Shown: positions 21,501 to 32,085, counted from the first letter of the whole stretch. The stretch: 63,290 bases of DNA, filler included, from Clostridia bacterium (GCA_030637025.1; 4 parts of 4 records of this genome joined end to end with filler, not necessarily neighbours in it), one strand, 5' to 3'. Translations and numbers: made by a program. Notes: generated by a model from the letters alone, not told the origin.

Positions 21501-24500
21501 CATTGTTTACACGCGGCAATGCAGGCGGAATTTTTCTTCAGGCGTCACAGTAAAGAAGCAGTGGAAGAAGCAAAAAAGCAGGCTGAAGAAATAGGTGCCC
21601 CTCAGGTTCAGCAGTTAAAGTGGTATGACCTGGCATGGGTAAAGGATGCACAGGGGAATGATATTGTAGCCTTAGGCCCGATTAATCCGCTTAGCGGAGC
21701 ATGGGAAAGAACGCAAGTAGCAGGAGGCATTCATCAGGCGATGGAAATTGCCGTAGTATTAGATAGAGTAGAAAGGGAAGAAGTGGTTGCTAAATTTAAA
21801 TTAACCGATGAGGGAGATACCTTCAGTCAATGGACTATTCAGCAATATACTCAACAGCATTTCTGGATGGGGGCTTTATCTGCTACCGGGACAGAAGATA
21901 GAGGGTTTGAGAAAGAATTAAAGAGAGATTATGGCCTGGCTATGGTAGATATTCCCCAGGATAAAGCAGTGAGTTTAAATAGGGATAAATATGAAAATGG
22001 TTATTTTATGAAAATAAAAGACCAGATTAGTTATATTAGTGGGCTTATTGGGGAACATTGTAATATAGGCGGGATATTTGTAGTTGCTTATACCGAGGAA
22101 AAAATGATGCAGATTTTTGCGGAAGTTAAACATTCCCTGGAGAAAAAGGCTGAATGTGCCACTATTGAACCTCCGGATGTATCTCTTAGTCCGGATGAGT
22201 TTGATAAAGAGCTTATAGCTAAAATTTCCCGGGCACAGAAAGTAGAACCAGGTAAACTTACTTTATGTAAGTTAGCCAGTGGAACTACTGATGAACAGAT
22301 AGATGCTATTGCCGAGATAGGTAAATTACCCGGGGTAATAATATTTACAACTGCACGCGGTTCCAGGGGATTTAGTGTAATGGGTAAGAAAATGTTGATG
22401 ATTGAAGCGGAACTGGCACAAAGTCCGGCTGATACTATTCAGTCTTTTCGCCGGGTAGCCAGGCAGGGAGAAGAAGGTTTTGGGGTACAGGTGTTTAGTT
22501 TTGAGGATTCCGGATTATTTACCAAATATGCAAAAGGATTTGTAAAGAAGTATTTAACAAAAGGAAAAGAAGGGAACTTATTTGGAACGACCCTGGGGAC
22601 GTTATTAGAGAATATGATTAGAAAAGAAATACAGCTTACTATTGGGCTTAAACAATTATCGGAAAGAATGTTTTTTACCAAATATTATAAGACTACCCAT
22701 AAAAACAATTTAAAAGTTTATCAGTGGCAGGAAAAGATTGGGGATGCCTCTGACAGACAGATAAACAGATATGTAGAGAGATTAATTGAAATGCAGATAA
22801 GTAGTTTAAGTGGTAAGTATGCATCTTCCAAGGGAATAAAAGAAGTATTAAATGAAATAATAGCAAGGAGCGTAGAGGAATACACCTTGACCCAAAACCC
22901 CGAATTTTGGAAATTGGAGAAATTAGAAAGAGGTTTAATTAATTTATTTCCTCAGGAAAAAGATGAATTAAATGAAGTTTTCGCAGAGATAAAAATGGTG
23001 GTGGAAAGTCGTAAAGGTCCTCTGGATAATCGCGCTTTGTTTGCTTTAAGAAAAAAGGTAATTAAAAAATTGGAAGGATTTGTTGCTCAATTGGATGATG
23101 AGGTTTTAATAGAAAGAGGGCGGTATTTATTAACGAGGCAATTAATTGGTTTGGGGTTACCTCCAAAAGAAGTAGAAAAAATAGTTTCTTCGGAAGATTA
23201 TCGGGAAATGGTTGAAGGAACCGGTGACAGGTTAAGTAATAATTTATTGTTTTTAGTTAAGGACGGATATAAGGCAGGGATTGAGGTAGGGGATTTTTCT
23301 GTAGAACAAATAAAGCAGATGTTGGTTAATGTAATTAGTAAAGAGAGAATAAATTATTTAACTACAGTTGATGTGGCAATGCAAAAAGTACAATTGCTTG
23401 CTTATGCAGGAGAAGAACCTTTAGGGGAATTTAATTTTGAAGTCAACAAAAATTTTCAGGAATATACTCAGAAGGTAGTAAGAAGGGTTTTTAAAACGGT
23501 TTTTATCAACAGGATGAGAAAAGAGGAGAAACCTATTTCTTTTGCTCAGGGGATTAAAAGAATAGAAAAATTACCCACATTAAAAAGAGTTATTTTTATA
23601 GAAGGGGCTGCTCAAATCCGGGATTGTTATCAATATCGTCTCCACGGTGTGGCCGGGGAAAAATTTTTATATGAATCCCTGGAGGATTTAGGGATTAAGG
23701 AATTAAAGGAAATTTTTGCCGTACCGGAAAAAATAAAAGAAGAAATCGTAGCTGAGGGGATAGAACAAACAATTTATTCAATGCCGGAAAGAGTTATTTC
23801 CCAGGAAGTAAATTTAGATGTTGATAGAAACAAAGATATAAGGGATGCTTTAGCCAGGAGAATAACTCCTTTATCCGGGCAGTTCACAGCAGAGAATATC
23901 GGTGCGGTGGAAATAGCCGGTTTTGGAAAAACTACCAGTCCGTTGACAATAGTAAGAGTGAATAACCCTGAAAAAATTGATTCTACTGTATTGCAATGGG
24001 TGGAAGAAAGATTAGCTTTGATAAATTCAAACAGCAAATTGGTATTTGTTTATGCCGGAAGTAAAGAATCATTGAGAATGAAGAAAGGGGTTACGGCAAA
24101 AGTTTATTCTCTGGTAAAGAAAGAAAATAGAAAGCTGAAGGTGAAAGAATCAGTACCCATGTATTTTTATGATGTATTTAATGAGAAAATATCCGATGAA
24201 ATGCCGCGATTGGGAATTGTTTCCGTAATACTGTGGTCAGTCGGCCGGTGGATTTCAGGGATTTCTATTCGTTCTCCGGGAATGGCTTTAAGACGTATCT
24301 TTAGTGAATTGGGACTGGAAAATTTACGGGAAGCAGGAATTATCCGCACAGTCTATAGTTTCTTTTCTCTTTTTGCTTTAGCCGGCGGGCTTATGGTTGG
24401 ATTGGCTCAGAGTGTAGCGGCAAGTGATGAGGTAGCAGTTCCGGTAACGGAAGAAGAAGTAATAGAAGAAGTTCCCGGAATAGAAATAGCAGAAATAGAG

Positions 24501-27063
24501 GAAGAAGAAATAATTACACCTGAACCTACGGAAGAGCCCACAGAAATACCTGCGGAAGAGCCGACAGAAATACCTACAGAAGAGCCGACGGAAATACCCA
24601 CAGAAGAGCCGACAGAAATACCTACAGAAGAGCCGACGGAAATACCGACGGAAGAACCGACAGAAATACCTATGGAAGAACCTACGCCAGAGGTAACGCC
24701 CACACCCGAACCCACAGAAATACCCACAGAAGAGCCTATAGTAGGAGAATTACCGGAAGAAGAAGAGATGATGTTTTTGCTTACCACCGAACAGCTGGAA
24801 GGTTTGGGGTTTGATTTATCAGCGGTGAGGTCTTTTGAAAAAATAGATGACAATGTTAAACTTATCTATTTCGATGATAGTGAAGCAGTATATAATTTAG
24901 ATTATAAATTAATATCTTTAATAGATGAAGAAGGAAATGTTTGTGAAGTCATTCCTACCGAAGATAATGAAGTTGTTAATATTAAAATACCTGCTAAAAA
25001 TTGGGTTTTAACCTATGATACCAAGGGAGCAAAAATAACTGCTGTTTATGATGAATCTATAAACCAATTTATTGATTTAACAGTTGTTTCGGAATCTACT
25101 CTTAGCGGACTTACTTCCGGCATAAAAATTCTTGATGCTGTAGGAGATATAAAAGCAAATGATCCGTACGAAGGAGATTTGTTGAATAAAGCCCGAGACT
25201 ATTTTAATGCAGGGGAGTATGATAATGCTATAAGTTCTTGTGAAGAATTTATAGAGGTTTTTGAAGAAGATGCTATGCTGAAGCGTGATCAACTGGAAAT
25301 TTTAGGTGGAATGGATGACGCAGTAAATGGTGTTGAATGGGGGAAGATATTTGAAGAGTATGGAACATTAATAAATATGATAGAGATATATGACATTATG
25401 ATTAAGAGTTGTGAACTAAACCATGAAGATAGTAAAGCCGAAGACTATGGTAATGAATTGAAAAAAAATTATCCGGATTATATAGATTTACGGACAGATC
25501 AGGTATTGCTTATTGGGGCAAGGGTAAATTTTAATGAGGAAAATAACGAAATATCAATTCTATATGCAAACAAGTTGTATAATATTTTTGGGCAGATAAA
25601 AGGAATACAGTCTGCAGTCTCAGCTATAGCCGAAGTATCCATTTATATGGTGGTTTTAAATCCTGATGGCGTCCCGGGAGATGATGGTAAGACCTGGGAA
25701 GAAATTTATGAAGAATATCATCTTTTTACCAGGGATCAGGTATTAACCAGTGCAGTAAGAGAGAATTGGAAAACCAATCCTGTGTATGCAAAGGAATGTG
25801 CTGAAGAGTTGTACGAAATTTTTTATAATTTAGATATAGGAAAACCTTTTGATGTCATAGAGGCAGTAAAGGGACATAGATGGGGTGGTGTATTAGCCGG
25901 ACATGCTTCGGCGATGAATATAGCAGAAGTAAGTATCTATCTGAATATGGATGAAATGAAAGAAGTTTTGAGCGAGGGTGAGAAGGAAAAATGGAAAAAT
26001 ATATATAAAAACTATTCAGATTGTCCAATGGAGCAGGTATTAGCTTTCGGGGTGAGGGAAAATCACAAGGATAATCCTGACTATGCAAAGGAATATGCTA
26101 CTAATTTATATAGATGGCATTCAACAATAGATGCAGGGAAACCGGTATGGAGTAGTTATGAAGAGGTAGAGGAAGCGGTTAGAGGGAGAGAATGGATAAA
26201 AATTTTAGCTGAACATTCAGCGGCGTTAAATATAGCCGAAGTAAGTATTTATATGAAAAAAATAGATCCTAATGGTGTGCCTGTAGAAGGAGGAAAAACA
26301 TGGGAAGGGATATATGAAGAATATAAGTGGCATGATATGGGACAGGTGTTAGCTATCGGAATAAGAGAGAATTATTATAGTGGAAATTATGAATATATGC
26401 AGGGATATGCAGAAGGGTTATACAGTATTTATCATGATTCCGATATAGGTAAAAGCTTTGATGTAGGAAATGCAGTGAAAGGTAAAGAGTGGAAAGATGT
26501 GTTAGCTGAACGTGCTATAGCGATGAGTATAGCAGAAGCAAGCATTTATATGAATAAAGAGGAAGTGAAAGAAGTATTAGATGGAGAGGATATAGAACTA
26601 TGGGAAAACATATATATAGAATATAGCAGTTGTACTACGGATCAAGTATTGGTAGCCGGGGTAAGGGAAAATTATAAAGAAAATTCGGGATTAGCCGATG
26701 GATATAGGGCGGAATTTAAGAAAATGTTTGTAGATGCAGCCGAGGGGGAAGAAAAAGGGATAGTAGAACAACAGTGGGAAGCGTTACAGGAGGAATTAGA
26801 CAAGGATAAACCGTTTGAGGGTATGGGTGTAGGTACGGCGATGGGTAATTATGGAATAGTATTAAGCTGGAATGAGATAGGAGCGATATACGGAGATACG
26901 GAGGTAACCAATAAATATACTTACGGTACGGCCCAGCTGTTGGTGGCCGGGGTAAAGGCTAATTATGCGGATAACAAAGGTTTAGCACTCGGATATAAAG
27001 ATATGTTTAAAGTGTTGTTTGTAGATAGCGGTATAGTGGATGAGCAATTGGAAAGACTTAAAA
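3543..27063 (+). CDS. Giant multidomain membrane protein (at least 7,840 aa, 3'-truncated) with two SecA-like ATPase domains and a SecY-like channel
   Basis: Uninterrupted frame from ATG 3543 (SD gggagg) to the N gap. The apparent stop at 27119 is in the artificial spacer. Signal peptide ends PNYAYA. Domain evidence is in the entries below. Confidence 0.95.
3740..5170 (+). other. Giant-protein N-terminal domain, TraB/TIKI (EreA/ChaN-like) fold candidate with helical insertion
   Basis: Motifs IQDLH, ATEG, GRNKFL and ALVTGGFHTPGI occur in the order typical of this superfamily. Confidence 0.5.
6660..9720 (+). other. SecA-like ATPase domain 1 within giant ORF
   Basis: LYEVQ...EVRTGGGKTLIGMLPAYLIALKG (Walker A), IFDEVD (7125-7136), EPATGA...IQTAIEIKE, GMSGT, GRGFD and QRQGRVGRQ (8601-8627), all in SecA order. 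Confidence 0.88.
11406..12390 (+). repeat. Tandem duplication of about 203 aa (609-nt period) within giant ORF
   Basis: YWRSVERELLKEAISQSEKDI..NKAVNDEAIAAFCGL..YLKEYWF vs YWVSIEGELLQSAIKQSQEDI..NKAVNDVAIAAVCGL..YLKMYWF (starts 11406 and 12015). Confidence 0.9.
14470..14960 (+). other. Histidine-kinase-type ATPase (HATPase_c) domain within giant ORF
   Basis: N box ELITNANEHG, G1 IKDDGRGI, F box IFNKGF, G2 GTGLGL, G3 GSTFNLTL. Confidence 0.9.
15207..15437 (+). repeat. Internal signal-peptide-like/TM hairpin repeat, copy 1
   Basis: KRFPFIALTSFLVSIFSVFGLVGIAMA-ES...VVSGISLLG...GVLGLRWILKRIK. Shares an exact 27-nt stretch gttgtttccggaatatctttattaggg with copy 2. Confidence 0.85.
17982..18212 (+). 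repeat. Internal signal-peptide-like/TM hairpin repeat, copy 2
   Basis: KRFSTTVLIFLLVSIVSFFGLGGIAIA-ES...VVSGISLLG...DVLGLIWMRERIK. Confidence 0.85.
18624..19763 (+). other. SecY-like translocon channel domain within giant ORF
   Basis: Ten hydrophobic segments and SecY signatures in order: GSFILLPG, LFSGG, SIFAMGLLPY, GKERLEKYTRYL, GTAFIMGISEQIGKRG, LPLKLDTAGV, IIPGVAPGVQTGEYI, GMTILI. Confidence 0.92.
20010..23520 (+). other. SecA-like ATPase domain 2 within giant ORF
   Basis: SecA N-terminal helix (KYAGKSNEQLLAEAERLR), QLPGGEGKT (20661-20678), YDEGD (21036-21047), NPLSG...GGIHQAMEI, SATGT, GSRGFSV, QSFRRVARQGEEG, SFED and the C-terminal LLAYAGEEPLGEF (cf. LRGYAQKDPKQEY). Confidence 0.88.
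24516..24737 (+). repeat. 24-nt tandem repeat encoding EEPTEIPT linker
   Basis: About 8 imperfect copies of gaagagcc(g/c)ac(a/g)gaaatacc(t/c)ac(a/g), a Pro/Thr/Glu spacer. Confidence 0.95.
25497..27063 (+). repeat. About 100-aa helical repeats at the visible C-terminal end of giant ORF
   Basis: Anchor (D/E)QVL..GVREN at 25497, 25734, 26031, 26340, 26640 and 26931; most units also contain NIAEVSIYM-like and AVKG.EW motifs. Confidence 0.85.
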
Positions 27064-27163
27064 NNNNNNNNNNNNNNNNNNNNNNNNNNNNNNNNNNNNN
27101 NNNNNNNTTAATTAATTAANNNNNNNNNNNNNNNNNNNNNNNNNNNNNNNNNNNNNNNNNNNN
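27064..27163. other. Artificial contig spacer
   Basis: N-run, TTAATTAATTAA (stops in all six frames), N-run; 100 nt. Confidence 0.97.
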
Positions 27164-27380
27164 GGGGAAATCTCTTTTCATATTCTTTCATCTAATTTTT
27201 GACACTACCTAATAATGAAATAATTACCTATTTAATATCTTTTATTTTTTTATAGCTCTTTTTACAGTATCGGAAAAGCTTAAATAATAGTTTATATAAT
27301 ATAAGTATAACCAAAAGGAACAAAAAAGCAAGGTGTTTTTTGTCTTTTAAGTGCTTAATATTTTTGTTATAATCAATATT

Positions 27381-28565
27381 ATGACAAAGTCAATGTTTAA
27401 AGAACGATATATTTTACATATTGATATGGATGCTTTTTTTGCGGCAATTGAGCAGAGGGATAATCCCCAATACCGGAAAAAACCAGTGATAGTAGGAGCA
27501 GAGCCTAAAGGAGGGAAAGGGAGAGGGGTTGTTTCTACCTGTTCCTATCAAGCCCGTAAATTTGGTATTCATTCGGCAATGCCTATTTCTATAGCTTACC
27601 GCAAGTGCCCGGAGGCTATTTTTTTACCGGTAAATATGGAAAAATATCATCAGGTATCATTAGAAATTGGAAAAATTTTAGATGAATTTACTCCTCAGGT
27701 TGAATGGGTTAGTATTGATGAGGCCTTTTTGGATATTACCGGAAGTTATCATCTTTTTGGTTCTCCCTATGAGGTGGGAATGCTTTTAAAATCACGCATA
27801 AAAGAAGTAACTGGACTGACCGCTTCAATTGGGATAGCTCCCCAGAAATTTGCAGCAAAAATTGCTTCTGATTTAAAAAAACCCGATGGATTAGTGCTGG
27901 TTAGCCAAAGATCTCTATCAGCTTTTCTCTGGCCGTTAAACGTCACTAAGATATGGGGTGCGGGCAGAGAGACGGTGAAGGCATTAAATAGAAAAGGTAT
28001 TTATACAATGGGTGATTTAGCCCTGAGAAAGGTTGAGGAAATGGTAAAGTTGTTGGGTAAAAACGGAGAACATTTCTGGCAGCTATCCAATGGTATTGAT
28101 GGGAGGGCAGTGAAAACTCAAACCCGGATAAAATCAATAAGTAATGAATTTACTTTCCAACAGGACACAAATGACAAAGAAAAAATAGAAAGTGTTCTTT
28201 TATCGTTATGTGAAAAGGTTTCCCAACGCTTATATCAAAAAGAATTAAAAGCGAAAACAATTACTTTAAAAATTCGTACGGGTAATTTTAGAACATACAA
28301 CCGGGCAGTGACTATTGATGTTCCATCTAATTTCGCAAATGTAATTTTTAAAAGAATAAAAAAGATATATGATAATTTTCCCGTAAAAGGTAAAAAAATA
28401 CGCCTGTTGGGGGTAAAGGTATCTAATTTTGGCGAAGGGGTAGTTCAGAGTGATTTTTTGAATGAAAAAGGGGATAGGAAACAAAAGGAAATACAAAAGG
28501 CAATGGAAAAGATAAAAGATAAATTTGGTGAAGATGCCATTTATAGAAGCGGTGGAAAATTGTAG
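27381..28565 (+). CDS. dinB: DNA polymerase IV (Y family)
   Basis: ILHIDMDAFFAAIEQRD, STCSYQARKFGIHSAMP, SIDEAFLD, KIASDLKKPDG. Start uncertain (27351/27381/27393). Confidence 0.95.
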   Translation: MTKSMFKERYILHIDMDAFFAAIEQRDNPQYRKKPVIVGAEPKGGKGRGVVSTCSYQARKFGIHSAMPISIAYRKCPEAIFLPVNMEKYHQVSLEIGKILDEFTPQVEWVSIDEAFLDITGSYHLFGSPYEVGMLLKSRIKEVTGLTASIGIAPQKFAAKIASDLKKPDGLVLVSQRSLSAFLWPLNVTKIWGAGRETVKALNRKGIYTMGDLALRKVEEMVKLLGKNGEHFWQLSNGIDGRAVKTQTRIKSISNEFTFQQDTNDKEKIESVLLSLCEKVSQRLYQKELKAKTITLKIRTGNFRTYNRAVTIDVPSNFANVIFKRIKKIYDNFPVKGKKIRLLGVKVSNFGEGVVQSDFLNEKGDRKQKEIQKAMEKIKDKFGEDAIYRSGGKL

Positions 28566-28569
28566 TTTT

Positions 28570-29823
28570 TTATGTTTTAGAGATAGGTTGAGTTGCTTTT
28601 TTTATAGCCTGGATTCTTAATAAGACAGGAGGATGACTGTATTCTAAAAAAACTTTTAATGGATGAGGGGTTAAGTTCCCCAGGTTATCAACAGTCAATT
28701 TTTTTAAAGCGGTAATAAATGCTTCTGGTTTTGGGTAAGAGGAAACAGCATATTGGTCAGCTTCATATTCATATTTACGGGAAAGAATTTTACCCAAAAC
28801 GGAAAATAGCAGATTAATAGGAGAGTAAAGAAAACCAAAAAAGAACAAACTGGCATAGATAGAAGTTTGTTTCATTTTAAAAGCAGCAAATAGTCCCGGA
28901 TTATTAATAAACAAAGAAAGAATGAAAAACATTAATCCGGAGGTAAGAATAGAAAAGATTATACTTTTTACAATGTGTTTTTTCCGGTTATGGCCTATTT
29001 CATGAGCCAGGATGGATACGATTTCTTCTACCGTATGTTTTTCAATGAGGGTATCAAATAGAGCTATACGGCGGTATTTACCAAAACCGGTAAAGAAAGC
29101 ATTTGTTTTTGTAGAACGCTTGGAAGCATCTATTTTAAAAATTCCTTTCATTTTAAAATTTTTTGACTTTGCATAATCTTCAATACTATTTTTAAGTTCC
29201 CCGTTTTCTAAAGGAAGAAACTTATAAAACAGGGGAATAATGAGTACCGGGGCAATGAAAAATAAAAATAGTTGAAAACAAGAAAGAGCGGCCCAGCAGT
29301 AAAACCAGGCCCAGGGTCCTGTTTTATTAAAAAACCATAAAATTCCCAGAAAAGCTATTCCTCCCAGCAAAGCAGTTAAAAACCATCTTTTTAAAATGTC
29401 GCTAATAAAAGTCCTGATACTGGTTTTATTAAAACCGTATTTTTCTTCAATAACAAAAGTTTGATAAATCCCAAAAGGTATATGTATTAATTGGGAGCCA
29501 AAGACTAAAATCGCAGCGAAAAGTAATCCGGTAAAAAGAAAATTGAATTGAAAACTCCTTGCCCACTGGTCAACAAAATTAAACCCGCCCAAAAGAATAA
29601 AGAAGATGATAAGCAAGGTAAAAGCAGCATCTTCAATTAAAGAAAAGATGGTATTCTCTTTTAAATAAGTTTGAGATTGGGTGTATTTATTGGCATTATA
29701 ATATCCGGTAAATTCTTTGGGTAAAGCCGGCGCAGCATATTTTACATTTAAAATCCCAATAAGTAAGTTTAGTAAATATTCACCAAGTAAGATAAATAAA
29801 ATGATAATCAAGTAAGTATTCAT
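28570..29823 (-). CDS. M48 family (Ste24-like) membrane zinc metallopeptidase
   Basis: Multiple TMs, NAFFTGFG, HEIGH, EYEAD, SHPP. Confidence 0.93.
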   Translation of the reverse strand: MNTYLIIILFILLGEYLLNLLIGILNVKYAAPALPKEFTGYYNANKYTQSQTYLKENTIFSLIEDAAFTLLIIFFILLGGFNFVDQWARSFQFNFLFTGLLFAAILVFGSQLIHIPFGIYQTFVIEEKYGFNKTSIRTFISDILKRWFLTALLGGIAFLGILWFFNKTGPWAWFYCWAALSCFQLFLFFIAPVLIIPLFYKFLPLENGELKNSIEDYAKSKNFKMKGIFKIDASKRSTKTNAFFTGFGKYRRIALFDTLIEKHTVEEIVSILAHEIGHNRKKHIVKSIIFSILTSGLMFFILSLFINNPGLFAAFKMKQTSIYASLFFFGFLYSPINLLFSVLGKILSRKYEYEADQYAVSSYPKPEAFITALKKLTVDNLGNLTPHPLKVFLEYSHPPVLLRIQAIKKATQPISKT

Positions 29824-30225
29824 GGATAAGTATCCTTAAAAAAATATTTTTTATCTTTTATAACCGGATGCCGTAATTGAAATCTTTGAAGTTTAAATTT
29901 TATGCAATAAGAATAACAGATTAATTAAAAGAAATCAATTAAATAATTTCAAAGAATGGACAGGTTTAGGCACATGGTTTCCACCCTTTGGCTTTTCTTT
30001 ATCATCTGCTTCCCGGGCAAGATTAATGCTTTGTTGTATGATTAATAAACTCTTCTATCCTTAATTTATTTGCTTCCTTTATTTTCAGGCTGTGTCCAGA
30101 TTTTTATGAGGCAGCTGTTTAGGTGTTCTTTTAAACTTTGTATACTCTTCTTTATTTAAATAATTGTAGCTTACTTAGGTAGATACCCTGTGCCTGTAAT
30201 TTCCATTTTAGAGGCATAAAATACA

Positions 30226-30254
30226 TTGACAAAAGCAGGAATTATTGATAAAAT
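30226..30254 (+). promoter_or_regulatory. Sigma70-type promoter
   Basis: TTGACA-17 nt-TAAAAT upstream of the diguanylate cyclase gene. Confidence 0.65.
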
Positions 30255-30345
30255 TAATTATTAATGATGAGTGTATTACAAATTATTTACCAGGGGTAAA
30301 AAAAGCGGTTTTTTTGAAAAGAGAGGGTCAAAAAGGTGTTTTATT

Positions 30346-31791
30346 ATGATTAAAGAGGAAATTAAAGTAATAATAGTAGATGATGAACCGATTATTACTG
30401 AATCGTTAAGTAGTTCTTTAGAAGAGGAAAATTGGCATGTTTTTTCTACTAATCAGGGGGAAAAAGCTGTTGAGCTGGCGGAAAAAATTCGTCCTGATGT
30501 AGCCATTATAGATTTACAACTGCCCAATATAAGCGGTTTAGAAATAGCGCAGGCGATAAAAGAGATGGATTCGGGTGTGTGTATTATTATTATAACTGCT
30601 CATGCAAAAATGGAAACAGCTATAAGTGCATTATTAGGAGGAGCTTATGATTATATTACTAAACCGTACGATATCAGTCATGTGAAATCAGTGGTACGAA
30701 AGGGATTAGAAAAACGTTTTCTTGCTTTAAAAAACAAAGAGCTGATCATAAGATTGAAAAGAGAAAAAAGAAGAGTAGAAGCTATTTTGGAAATAAGCAA
30801 AATGTTTAATGTAATCATTTCGTTAAGTGATTTAGTAGATTTCTGTGTGGTTAAGGTTTCCCATATGTTAGAGGCACAAAGAGGATCTTTAATGCTGGTA
30901 GATAAAGAGTCAAAAGAACTTTTTATTTGCGGGGCCTATGGTTTAGACGAAAAAGTAGTTAAGGACACCAGATTAAGAATAGGAGAAAGCATTGCCGGCC
31001 GGGTAGTTGAATCGGGAGAACCTTTGTGCGTTGTTGATATTGAAAATGATATGCGTCTTTTACGTAAAAATCAACCTATTTATGACTCTAAGTCTTTTAT
31101 TTGTATCCCCTTAAAACAAGAGGAAGAGATTATCGGTGTATTTAATTTTTCCAACAAAGAACCTTTTTTTACTGAAGAAGATGTTTCTTTTGTTTCCATT
31201 GTTGCCCATCAGGCGGCTATTGCTATTCAAAAAATTCGTTTATATGATATGGTAACGAAATTAGCTATTACCGATGAATTAACCGGATTATTCAATCGTC
31301 GCTATTTTATTAGACAATTAAAAGAAGAGATTAAACGGAATAAGAGATATCATCGTTCTCTTTCCTTAATTATGTTTGATGTTGATGATTTTAAAGAATT
31401 TAATGATAATTACGGCCATTTAACAGGAGATGCTGTTCTTAAGAAAATAACGAAGATTTTAATTGCTAATGTACGTAATGTAGATATTGTCAGCCGGTAT
31501 GGAGGAGAAGAATTTATTGTTATTTTACCGGAAACTGATATTCAGGAAGCAGCAAGGGTGGCAGAAAAAATAAGAAAATCTTCAGAAGAGAGTCTTTTTA
31601 CCAGAAAATTTCTAGGCAAAAACCAGGGAGGAAAAAAAGATATAAAAAAATTAACTGTTAGCGGAGGAGTAGCTGCTTATAAATCAGGTGAAGGATTAGA
31701 GTCATTTATTAAGAGAGTGGATAGTGTTCTTTATCGTGCTAAAAAAACAGGAAAAAATAAAATTGAATGTGCTTCTTTGTCTCACAAGTAA
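30346..31791 (+). CDS. Diguanylate cyclase, REC-GAF-GGDEF
   Basis: REC (IVDDE, IIDLQLP, TKP), GAF, TDELTGLFNRR, RNVD I-site, RYGGEEF. Start taken at the ATG following aaggtg; the ORF extends to 30271. Confidence 0.93.
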   Translation: MIKEEIKVIIVDDEPIITESLSSSLEEENWHVFSTNQGEKAVELAEKIRPDVAIIDLQLPNISGLEIAQAIKEMDSGVCIIIITAHAKMETAISALLGGAYDYITKPYDISHVKSVVRKGLEKRFLALKNKELIIRLKREKRRVEAILEISKMFNVIISLSDLVDFCVVKVSHMLEAQRGSLMLVDKESKELFICGAYGLDEKVVKDTRLRIGESIAGRVVESGEPLCVVDIENDMRLLRKNQPIYDSKSFICIPLKQEEEIIGVFNFSNKEPFFTEEDVSFVSIVAHQAAIAIQKIRLYDMVTKLAITDELTGLFNRRYFIRQLKEEIKRNKRYHRSLSLIMFDVDDFKEFNDNYGHLTGDAVLKKITKILIANVRNVDIVSRYGGEEFIVILPETDIQEAARVAEKIRKSSEESLFTRKFLGKNQGGKKDIKKLTVSGGVAAYKSGEGLESFIKRVDSVLYRAKKTGKNKIECASLSHK

Positions 31792-31949
31792 TTTTATAGT
31801 TTGTTGAGTTTCCTTAGCTTTTTAAAATACACGCAACAATCTTTATCTATTTCCCCCAAAAACCGGATTTTATTTTTCATCAAAAGAGACAATCTTTATG
31901 AAAAGCTTCAAAAGAATTTTCTTCAGGAAATGAAAGAAGAGAAATTCTC

Positions 31950-31978
31950 TTGCAATTATTTAAAAAGTTGTATAAAAT
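31950..31978 (+). promoter_or_regulatory. Sigma70-type promoter candidate
   Basis: TTGCAA-17 nt-TAAAAT upstream of the 32086 ORF. Confidence 0.45.
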
Positions 31979-32085
31979 AAATTGTTTTAATCTGTAAAAA
32001 AGGGTATCTATAAACTGTCTTTTGTGAGACAGTTCTTTTTATTTTATTAAAAAACAAAAAAGGACAGATTAAGAAGGGTGATTAT

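Noticed and set aside
24516-24737. Possible CRISPR array
   Set aside because: In-frame 24-nt coding repeat with wobble-position variation and no unique spacers or cas genes.
287-26088. Numerous short minus-strand ORFs opposite the large genes (e.g. 10682-11392, 19889-20518, 24407-24853)
   Set aside because: Antisense shadows of biased coding sequence; no recognisable motifs. None is a convincing immunity gene.
27064-27163. TTAATTAATTAA palindrome recurring three times, and the stop codons it gives to ORFs ending at 27119, 54912 and 54913
   Set aside because: Artificial six-frame-stop linker inside N runs; not biological.
27164-27380. LexA/SOS box upstream of dinB
   Set aside because: No convincing match to SOS-box consensus sequences I know.
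27063-28565. Functional link between the giant gene and dinB or the M48 peptidase
   Set aside because: They are on different contigs joined by a spacer, so adjacency is unsupported.
29940-30210. Possible degraded gene on the minus strand between the M48 peptidase and the cyclase
   Set aside because: Only short interrupted frames; no recognisable homology.
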